From the NCBI GenBank assembly GCA_002189035.1, contig CM007989.1, positions 7,378,001 through 7,442,000 of the forward strand: 64,000 nt of DNA, written 5' to 3'. A program made the position numbers and the translations under genes. The notes under the pieces were generated by a model, which searched no databases, was not told where the DNA came from, and saw only the letters and a program-made list of their open reading frames with translations. This document shows positions 54,260-64,000 of this stretch, in pieces; the stretch's first letter is position 1; every line of letters begins with the position of its first letter. This stretch comes from Utricularia gibba. Taxonomy: Eukaryota > Plantae > Magnoliophyta.

Positions 54260-57200
54260 CCCCCCACACAAAAATCAACACCCTTGCTTCCCAAAATTAT
54301 TTTATTTGAATTTTCTCTCGTGTAATATTCATTAAAAAAAGAAACCCACTTTTTTTTATTCATGAAAAAATACATTATCCTCTAAAACACCCTATTATTA
54401 TTATTATTTAATTCGTAAAAAAAAAGGACCAATAGAAATTAAATGGGGTGCCGAAATCAGGGCCAATAATTGGGGGGGCGTCCAGGGCGAAATAATTTAG
54501 TCAATTATGCCGCGCTGCGTAGAGATGAATCACCCAACGCTTGACAGGCGCATTTGAACTCTTGCTGCTTCCAGTGCCTGCATTCTGGAGCTGGGTTCCT
54601 TCCTTTCTTTTCTATGGGGATGAGAACGAACTCGCAGGGCGTGATTAAGGCACGTCAGTGCGGTTATTGTTGCTGTTTTTTTATCGAATTTAGGACAAGT
54701 ACCATAAATTTGTCTGTCGCAACATTTACTGCACACGCACATAATGTGGGGAGGGGTGGTTGCTATGCCTACGCCCCATAAATTTCAAAATAATGCTTGT
54801 TTGTACCCTTCGCAACTCCCCTCAGGGATAGAGCTTGAAGGACCCGATGCTGAGGATATTTTGGAAGGGGGGTGGTGGGAATTGACTCCGGCGGGGAATT
54901 GCTCGTCGGGAAATGGGGATTAACGGCTACTGTATAGCGAGTTAGCTTAAAAGCTGGCGGTGTATAGAGGGGGAGGGAGGTGAGAATAAGTGTAGGCAGG
55001 GACCGGAAATTATTTCTTTTTTACATGGAGGGGGGCCGGTGGGCGCGCGCAAATATTCCCAACAGCAATGCCAGGTGTTAGAGGATGCCCTTTCTGCTAC
55101 TTTCTTACTCTCTTCTCATGTCTTGCGTATACTTCAATCCACTCGCCCCGTTTGACCAGTGATCATCTTCACCTTGACTTGTGCGTGCAGTCGCCGGAGT
55201 CATCTGATCTTGAACTTCAGATTAATGGAGATGGAGATTTCTCATGCATTCCGGCAACCCCACGAGTTCCGAGGATCGATTGATTGATTCAGAGTGGTGA
55301 GACGCAGCAAACAGTTGCAGTAAGAGTGGGAGTGGGAGTCCCCCGGAGGGCTCCGTTGCGTTTAGAGTTAGATGTCGGAGGGGGGTTATTCCTTTTGTTT
55401 GCATGAGTTATTCGTAAGTGTTAGGACCACACGTGTGCCTCTTTGTTTTTGGGATGCTCCTTGGACCACTTATTCCTCGCTTTTCTCTTTTCTTTTCTGG
55501 GTTTCCGTTTGGGTTTCAAAATTAGGAGCATCTGCTTTTCTCTGCAATCCATGCTACAGCAGATGAGATGAATTCACCCTCTTCCTTCCCTCCTCGTGAT
55601 TGTTGGCATGGCAACAGGCAACAGCAGCACCGTGTCTCCTCATTGGAAGCCTTTTCGAAGGCGGAGCGGGCTGTCGGCCGCGTGGAGCGCTGCCAGCGCT
55701 TCCTGGGGAAGAAGGAATAGATGCCGCAATTCATTCCCTAACAACCGTTATTTATCAGTAAACCATCCCGGCTGCGGGGTTCAGTGTACGGACTCCGTTT
55801 GTCTGTCTGTTTTTTTTTTTTTTCCTCTTTCTCTCTCCTGATGTCGGGGTGAGGTGTGAGGGGGCAGCAGGGTAATGATGCCCACGTGGTATTTTCTTTT
55901 CTATTTTCAGCCTTAAGAAAGCTGAACTGCGAGTGGGCCGGCCCAACTAATCGGGGCTCCCAAATGGCCGACATCCACTCGCTGGCCCTTTTCGTTTTGC
56001 AGCAAAATAACTTTCCACTTTTATAATCGTACACTTCAGATTCTCCTTGGTAGATAGTTTTGAGTTCATTTTGAAGATTGCTGCTTTTTAATGGTTCAAC
56101 ACGACCAATTCACAACAAGCTTAAAAACGGTATGGTATGCAGTACAAAATGTAACGATTATACCGTTTCGAAACTCGTTCCGAACAGATTGTATTGATTG
56201 GATAATTTAGTAGAAGCCTTTTGTATGGTAAGAAGTTTTAAATTAAATAAATAGTTTAATTTGAAATTAATTCCAGACAAATTTAAATATTCTCGACATA
56301 TGTTTATTAAAAACGATATGTCGAGTTTAAATCAATTCTTAGTATTTTTTAATCTAATGCGAGTTAAGTACAATTTTTCAAATTTAAATTAATTATTATA
56401 TGATAATCTAATGTGTTATTTATATTGGAGAGGGGAGAATGGGGCAAGCAGACAGGCCCTGTCTGTGAACCTGGGACTGGGAGTCCTCTTCCCATCATAG
56501 AAACAGAGAAGCGGAGACTTGGCTTCTACGAATCGGACACACTCTGTCGAAGTCATCTCAATGGCTTAGAAAGAAAGAGAATGCGCGACAGAATCATGCG
56601 TCTTTAAGGTAGAAAGAAGAAGAACCACGTGTGTGTTTTCATCAAAACAACGAACTGGGCTGCAGCCTGCAGGCGTCGGATTGGGTGGGTTTGCTCGGTG
56701 CCATTTGGGCCTCCGGCGATTTTGAAGGTGGTGCCTGGTTGATGTAAGTGGACAACTGAACAAGGCCGAAATGGCTCTTTCAGTGTCCCTCCTTTTCGGG
56801 ACAACGAGGGGCACCAATCGCTAGCACTCTGTTACATTTGGTTTTTTAGGTTTGTTTGCTTCTGTTACGTGTTATTGCTTGCTGCCTTATAAAGTTGCTT
56901 TGCTTTTTATGTGAGTGTCTGCTTTTCTTGGGACGACGATCATGTTTTGGCTTTTGGGATTGTTGAGGACTTGCCAATAATTGTTTTTACGCGGCGCTGG
57001 CTTAATGTGGATTAGGTGTTTGTATAATTTTCTGAGAGAGCCTTTTGTGATCTGATCATGATTGTGTCCTTTTGATCTAATCCTCCTTTTAACTGATTGC
57101 CGAATGTGCCTTATTCAGACCTGCGGTTTGAATCAAGAAAAAAATATCAGATGGCTTTCGGGACGAAAAGGTGGTTGTTTTGGGGTCGCAATCTTGCTCG

Positions 57201-57404
57201 GTTTCCTGCTACTAACTACCACTTGCAAAAGGTTGTGGTTTCTGAGCCACAGTCTCCCTCCCTTCAATTATGAAGCCCCATTTATCTGAAGAGAGCCACA
57301 CCACAACACAGGAGGTTTCAGCGTTATGAAACGTAGTGGGGTTCTCTACTTCAGGAGCACTGAGTAACTCACTACCCCTGCTGTGAGCACTCTTGCTTCC
57401 CGCC

Positions 57405-57952
57405 ATGGAATCCACTCTGCTATCTCCTCCTGAGGGCTTCTCCAATCGTTGTTGGAGTGATGACTCATTTGATGATGACTGTGCTTACTCATACATAGAA
57501 ATGGATCCAAGATCGCCTCCCTCGAAGCGGTTCATCCATGTCTCATCCGACTCCTGGTTCAGCTTTCCGCTATCTGGTCATATCAATCCTGATCGGATGC
57601 TCCGGGATGGTCTAATCATACCCACTTTGTCGAGGACAAAGAGGCTGATCACCCTGATGCCTTAAACCACTTCATCTCCTTTCCCTCTTCCACAGCACCA
57701 CTACTGAGTCAGGTCTGCTGCGTGTCGATGAAGAGGATATGGAGGTTTTCCATACGAATCATGCACAGGTTTATGATGAATATGAACTGTGCAAGTATGA
57801 CTGTGATCCAGGATAAGAAGCGGTACCGGAATGCAACCCCGGAGGTCACCGGCATCCGCTGCGAGGCGGCGGTGTCCGACTCCGAGAGCTCCATCAATGA
57901 AGCAGTTCTCCATTGCAAAAGAACTGGGAGTAGTATGATTTCAATGTATTGA
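57405..57952 (+). CDS. MAKR6: Membrane-associated kinase regulator (BKI1/MAKR family, MAKR6-like), split by an apparent 1-nt deletion
   Basis: The 5' ORF has YIEMDPRSPPSKRF...FSFPLS...DGLIIP. A +1 correction at 57621-57628 continues FVEDKE... into the 57722-57952 frame, which ends in ESSINEAVLHCKRT (the MAKR C-terminal AI.HCK motif). Confidence 0.78.
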
Positions 57953-58172
57953 GATTCGTTCATTCTGTGCTCATGATCTCATTGAATGCCATTTCTGATG
58001 TAATGGGTGAACACCAGAGAGTGTAGCCCAGCACTGTAAACGTTGTTTACGTCGACCCAGTATAAAAACGGTGTCGTTCTATACTACTCTAGGACTCTTC
58101 ACAGTCGAAAGTACACTACTGCAAAAACCTTGACAAAACCCTCTCAGGGCTCGAGAGATATCTTCATCAAGC

Positions 58173-59730
58173 TCACGGCGATGGCTTCTCGGCTTCTGTC
58201 GGCGCCGAATCGGCGGTTCCGTTGCGCGAAATCTTGTTCGTCATAGGGGATTGGAAAATTTTCAGGTGCTGCTCCATGTTGGTGGGGATTCTTTCGGAGT
58301 TGTTCCACCAATTCGATTTCGGTTTCCTGTCATTGGAGACGGTTAGGATGTCCGTGTCGTTGGGGAACAGGTCGCGGAAGACGAAGGCGTGGATGATCGT
58401 CGTAATTAGAATCGTCGCAACGCTGAACATCGCTGCCGCGCAGAGAATGAGCGTTAGGACTCTGGTTTCGGTGGTCGGCGCCGCCTCGTAGTATTTGATT
58501 GTAGCCACGGCGGCGCTTGCCGTCGGGACCGTGTACGCCCACCACGCAAGCGAAAACCTGTAAGCATTTGGGAAAAGATGATTGTTAGTGCTATTGTTGA
58601 TTAAAGCTGGTACTGTGTTTATCTCAGATCTGTTGATTACGTACTTGAATCCTCGGAAGAAATCAACGCGAACCGCCTGAAAAGAGACAGCAAAGAAGTT
58701 GGGCTTTGTGAGGTTCAGTTTCATGGTTTCTATGAATCATTGCGCTATGAAATTGGATCACTGACCAGTGATAGATAGAGGAACAGAGCAGTGAAGTATG
58801 CGATTCTTGACCCATTCCCGAAGGAACCTTCAATTTCCGCCCATGCTATTGCTGCTAAGCTCGGAGCGGCAACCAAGAGAAAGAAGACGGGGTGAAGCTC
58901 CTTCCTAAGAGTCTCGTTTGTTGGAAGTCTCTGATAAAGAGTGACGAATACCACTATGTAATGAACCATCCCAACAGCGAAGAAGAAGATTGGAGCCTCT
59001 TTGAGCCCCATTGATGCCCCTAGCCAGGATCCAACGAAGTTTCCCACAACCGCTAGAAGATTTGATGGGTTCCCTGTTTTCGAAAGCCGTCGTTCGCCAC
59101 GCGACATCCATTGCCCGTATAACTTGAGCTCGAGGCCGAGAAGTGGAACCATGAGCAAGTACCAAAGCCAGTGAGGCAGAGACTCCGACATCGAGGGAGG
59201 AAGCCCGAGGCACAAGAAGAGAAGGGATATCCATGGAGCGAAGAAGAAGTTGACACGAATTGGGTGGCAATATTCTTGGCGTACAGCCTCGAAGTACTTG
59301 ATGCTTTTGCAAATGTAGGTTGCGGAGACGATCGAGATCAATAAAACCTCCAGGGCCCAGAAAATGAAACTGATTTCCAAGCGGCCATGGATGAAGTTAG
59401 CAGTGTGTGATGATGCAAGTGACTTCCACATAATGGCTTGCATCCCAACTCCAAGACAGATATCAAACGATGTGATCGGAAATCGTAGCAGAAAAGGCCA
59501 TGTCTCGTCTCCCTGAAGAGCTGCTTTCCCCAAAGCCTGCATTCACAGAGGAAACATCAACACAATATGGTTAGTTCATTTCCCTTCGAAGCATACATAG
59601 ATTCTTGCATGTATTTGCTGTAGATGCACACACAACTTACCGTTGTCCGACGAGCGGCGGCGATTTTAGCCTCTGCAGCGCCAACAGCAGCCGCAGCAGT
59701 GTCATCTATCACGAGTATGATCTTGTCCAT
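58173..59730 (-). CDS. SLAH2/3-type S-type anion channel paralog A (425 aa): divergent pore and short N-terminus
   Basis: Exons 59730-59641 (inferred), 59536-58766, 58676-58645 and 58557-58173, all in frame. Motifs WPFLLRFP, EYCHPIRVNFFFAPW, FVTLYQRLPT, ELHPVFFL, FSLAWWAYT and LFPND. The 771-nt and 32-nt exons match paralog B in size. Confidence 0.92.
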
Positions 59731-60498
59731 ACCAACTCACAACCTAGCGATCGTGGAACGAGCTTAGGAAGTGACTGGCTTTTGTTGTGATGCGATGAGT
59801 TGACAAGAAACCCATTCCACCATTTTATAGCATTACCAGATCCCCGCATTAAATTGGACAGAAGTCATCCTCAAATCAGAGAACACTCTCTGGCAAGCCT
59901 ACTTGGGTATGTTTGCTGTCAGCCGCTGACTTTGCATGTGTCGCTCATTTATTTATTTTCGATTTCACACATTTTTTTTAATTTCCTTTCCGTCTAATAT
60001 GTGATCTTAATTTAAAAGCAACGTGCAGGGAAGTACAACATCCACATGGTTGAATTCAAAGGGTAAAAATCTTTATGTTCAGGTTCAGTCTCCAATATCC
60101 CATGTCTTTTACTAGATGCCATCTACATTTCATCGTTTCCCATTGCATTACTCCAACTATTCAAAATGAGAATTGAGTTATGGAATCTTCTTTCTTAGTG
60201 GTTGCTCCCATGTGTTCATTTAAATACACCAGAAAGGAATGAAGCATGTGCATTTTCCCATCTATGAAAATGAAATGAAATATTTCAAACTAACAGGGAA
60301 ATGGAAGAATGGAAGAAGGCCAGACGAGGGTATTGAACTCTGCACCGGCGCTTTTTCCGACGTGGGATGGCGCGGCGTAGGCATGAAGCGTGGCAAAGCA
60401 GTGGAGACGCACACCAGCACAGGTATAATTACTGGTTATTCGGCAATCGCAACGGGAGTAACTCAACAATGATTAGAAGTGCATTGAAGGGAGTTACC

Positions 60499-60816
60499 CA
60501 CGTGGCACCCGGTGTCGCCGCGAGAGTCGGACACGGATGCGCACGGTATCTGGTGCCAGATTTTCCTCCCTGGACATAGATTTTGCCGTATCCCTCGGTC
60601 ACACCAACCCCATAGTACTTTACTGAGACGGTTTATGATTTTGAATTATCACACACTCAAGATTTAATATCAGTGACCAATTTTATTACACACGTGTCAG
60701 ACAATTGTTAGGAAAAGTAATTGAATGCGATGCTAATAACATTTTTATATGTAAAATAAATTGATTCCATTTCTAAATAGGGCCCACACGGGAGATGGCT
60801 GTTTCCTCCACGTGGC
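60499..60816. promoter_or_regulatory. G-box/ABRE cluster upstream of SLAH paralog A
   Basis: CACGTGGC at 60499-60506, CACGTGTC at 60691-60698 and CACGTGGC at 60809-60816. Confidence 0.5.
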
Positions 60817-61443
60817 TATTTTGGGTGGGAGTAGCAGCACATTTGTGGCTCGATGCGTGTCGTCGTTGTTGCAGAGGGATTAGGACATGAACACACGATG
60901 AATATGTAAAAAGAGGTAATAATTTGATACATAAAATGGTGAAAAATTGATAAAATAGTCACTGATACACTCTTTAAGTTAAAAAATTTATACTATGATC
61001 ATTTGATTTTCTAACATAATGTTTAAGACATGATCAGATTTCTAATTCATTCGAAAAATTATGGTCAATGATCATCCCCAAATTATATGGTGCAGTTTCG
61101 AAGTCCTATTAAGCACGCGGATGCATTGTTATTGTTATTGTAGTTGAATTTCATTTAGGGTTCAGTGCGTTGTGGATGTGCATATCAAGTTTAATTTATT
61201 GGTTCAGTACCAGTGTTTTAAATAGTAAAGAAAACTATGAATTGATAATAGAAATAATTAACGATTTGATCGTTATTAAAATCGTGATTGAATTGCTAAA
61301 AAAGCATAAAACATGATTAAACTATCATAACCAAATCGTGATAATTTAATTCAATTAGTATCATCAATAATTTTGAATGATTCTTGATTCAATTTTGATT
61401 TTTAAAATACTATTTGGGTGTATGTGGATTTTGTGTACATAGA

Positions 61444-63347
61444 TTATTTTTGGCCCGCCAGGGATCTCTGAGCATGAAAAGTGTCTTCTTTTCCACATAG
61501 GCTGGAGGCAACAACCCCTTTGTCCGAATTCGGGTCTACTTCGATGCGTGTGACGACCTTTTCCGCCGGCGGGTCGGAGAATTTGAGATACTGCTCGATG
61601 ATGATATCCGCATTTCTCGTTAGCTTGCGAGCCCATCGCCTGGGCCTCTTGTTGCTGATGGCTATGGCGACGTCGTTGGGGAAAAGTCGCCGGAGGACAA
61701 AGGCGTGGATGACGGTCGTCACGAGCAATCCGGCGACGGTGAGTGTCGCCACCGAGCACAGGATCAGCGTCAGCGCCTTCGTCACAAGACTGGGTGCGAC
61801 GTCTGTGTACGTCATTGTGGCGATGGCGGCGCCGGTCATCGGGAATGTGTAAGCCCACCATGCTAATGAGAACCTGTAAAACAGGGGAGAAGTTTGGTGG
61901 TTAGCATCGAAGTGGAAGGGAATGCTAATGAGACGCCGGCGTGTGTTTCAGCTTACTTGAAGCCCCTGAAGAAGTTGACACGGACAACCTGATGCAATGG
62001 AAGAGAACAATGGAGTTAGTTCCATGGATGATTCGTTCAAGAAAATGAAGCTCAGGGGAAGACTAACCAGTGCGAAATAGAGGAACATGGCGATGAAGTA
62101 AGGGATCTGGGAAGCATAGCCGAAGGATCGAGTGATCTCAGCCCAGGCCATGGACGCCACGCTCGGCGCCGCGACGAAGAGGAAGAAGACGGGGTGAAGC
62201 TCCCTGGGCAGAGTCTGGGTTGTGGGAAGCCGTTGATACAGAGTGACAAACAGGACGGTGTAGTGAGCTAACCCGACGGCGAAAAAGAAGATGGGTCCTT
62301 CCCGGAGTTGCATTGATGCTCCAAGCAACGCTCCGACGAAGTTCCCGACAATGGCAAGATGGTTGGAGGGGTTGGCGATCTTGGAAAGCCGGCGATCCCC
62401 ACCGGACATCCAGTCTCCATAGATCTTAAGCTCGAGGCATAGGAAGGGGGCCATGAGCAGGTACCAGATGAAGGGAGGCAGAGCTTTGGAGATCAATGGT
62501 GGATGTCCAAGGCATAGGAAGAGAAGGGCGATCCATGGGGCGAAGAAGAAATTGACTCGAACTGGGTGGTGATATTCACGGCGGACGGCTTCGAAATAGA
62601 AGACCATCTTGAGAATGTATGTGGAGGACACAATCAAGACCAGAACAACGGCGGCGAGCCAGATTATGAGGTTGATCAGAGGACTGACATGGAGGTATTG
62701 TGTGGAGGGCGAGGATGCGAGGCTTTTCCACATGATGGCTTGGCTTCCAACTCCGAGACAAATACCAAAGGATGAGATGGGGAAACGCAGAAGAAACGGC
62801 CATTTCTTGTCCTTTGGGAGGACTGTTTCCTCTGCAGGCTGCAGTGGAAAAAAAAAACCAATGGTTATTATCAAATTCTAGTGCACCCCACTGAAATCGC
62901 AGGGTATATGATTATACCTTGAGGGTTTCAAGCTCAGGTCCTTCCAAGGCATCCAAATATCGTTTTACGGGTAAAGTTTCAGGGGCCGGAAACTGAACTT
63001 GGTGCTCGATCTCCGATGGGTTGCCACGGAAATTGGATAACTGTCTATGAAACGTTCCGGGGTGGGTTCTGAAAGGTTCATAACTCTTCATCTCATCAAG
63101 CGTTGACTGAGGATCAGCTTCGGGTGGAGGTGGTGGCATGCTGATGGAAACAAATGGTTCTCCCTGTGCCGCGGATGCATTCTTCTCCTTTTCCACCTGA
63201 GATCAATCAAACTGTAAGGAAACTACTATGTTCAGTTGTTCAACTACAAAAATGGTAACTTCTTACAATTGGGATTCTTGCAGCCTCATCAGTGACAACG
63301 CTCACCGAAACCAGCTCCCCAAGAACGGAATCCTGGATGTTCTCCAT
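61444..63347 (-). CDS. SLAH3: SLAH2/3-type S-type anion channel paralog B (530 aa), canonical pore
   Basis: Exons 63347-63267, 63196-62918, 62838-62068, 61988-61957 and 61873-61444. The N-terminal FRT...RQLSNFRG and LPVKRYLDALEGPELETLK motifs are typical of SLAH2/3. Pore motifs SFGICLG, NPSNHLAIVGNF and WWAYTFPMTG are intact. SLAH2 versus SLAH3 orthology is not resolved. Confidence 0.94.
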
Positions 63348-64000
63348 GGGAAATCGGCTGGTCAAATCCAGTAACTGCAAATGGAAATCACTTAGAGGGC
63401 AGAATCTTCAAGCTCCTGAAAGATTCCGTTGTTGTGCTGGGAATGGGACATAAGCCAATATTTATAGCAAGCAGATAGCGTGCATTAGCTACATTCAACA
63501 GAAAGTTAAAGCATATTAGAATAAAACGGATGCAGGGAGGGGCCACTTTTGTTTACGTGACGCTTGCACAGAGCTATCATTACTAGTCTCAAAGCAGTCA
63601 TCCACTGAGAAACATTTGGTCTCTCTAGTATCGCCTTCCACATATATTTCTAGCTATCCTTCGTACGGCTTTCCTTTAGGTGAAAAAGAAAACCGCACAC
63701 AAAGTTGCTCGTCACTCCACTTCCAGAAAAATACACGTAACTAACTGATGACCAAAGTTGAATCGACTGTTCCCTTGAGGGGTGGTCTAAAGAGGAGGCT
63801 AATATCATGTACTTGCCCTTGACGAGAATATGAATTGCAAAAAGCTTACGGAAAATTCATGGCAATTTTGGAAAGCATCCACTAAGTTGTGCAATAGAAA
63901 AGGGAAGGTTCAAGAATCCGTAGTTGCGAGGAACGATCTGGCAAGCATAAGCTATTCCTCCCTGAGAGAATGCAGGCGAAAGGCTCAAGAAATGAACTTA

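Noticed and set aside
53105-54271. 388-aa ORF antisense to CRF
   Set aside because: It mirrors the GC-rich CRF coding frame and has no recognisable domain.
58173-59730. SLAH-A as a simple decayed pseudogene
   Set aside because: There are no stops or frameshifts across 425 codons, splice sites and exon sizes are conserved, and the key changes cluster in pore helices. It is not fully excluded without expression and dN/dS data.

Overview
This is plant (eudicot-like) nuclear genomic DNA with GT-AG introns; I cannot identify the species from the sequence. I reconstructed 15 protein-coding genes by hand: PRR5-like (runs off the window start), GRF, DREB A-4, MFSD5-type molybdate transporter, MIP2/NBAS, Yippee-like, BiP, LEA/SMP, alpha/beta-hydrolase, KDM3-type JmjC, SINA E3 ligase, CRF, MAKR6-like and a tandem pair of SLAH2/3-type anion channels. 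The interval from about 10.8 to 20.3 kb is gene-poor. Best lead: the downstream SLAH copy (58173-59730) has an intact ORF but has replaced the conserved Phe gate with Val. It also carries Gly-to-Asp at the position of the Arabidopsis slac1-2 mutation (G194D), has further changes in the pore helices and lacks the regulatory N-terminus. Its neighbour is canonical. Other leads are a GRF whose miR396 site is broken in the 5' pairing region and a JmjC demethylase with a 123-bp tandem AT-hook array. About ten single-base indels in short homopolymers break six genes, so the apparent frameshifts are probably assembly errors. The highlighted substitutions are not of that error type, but they still need confirmation from reads. 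No searches or folding programs were run; family names and residue numbers come from recalled motifs.
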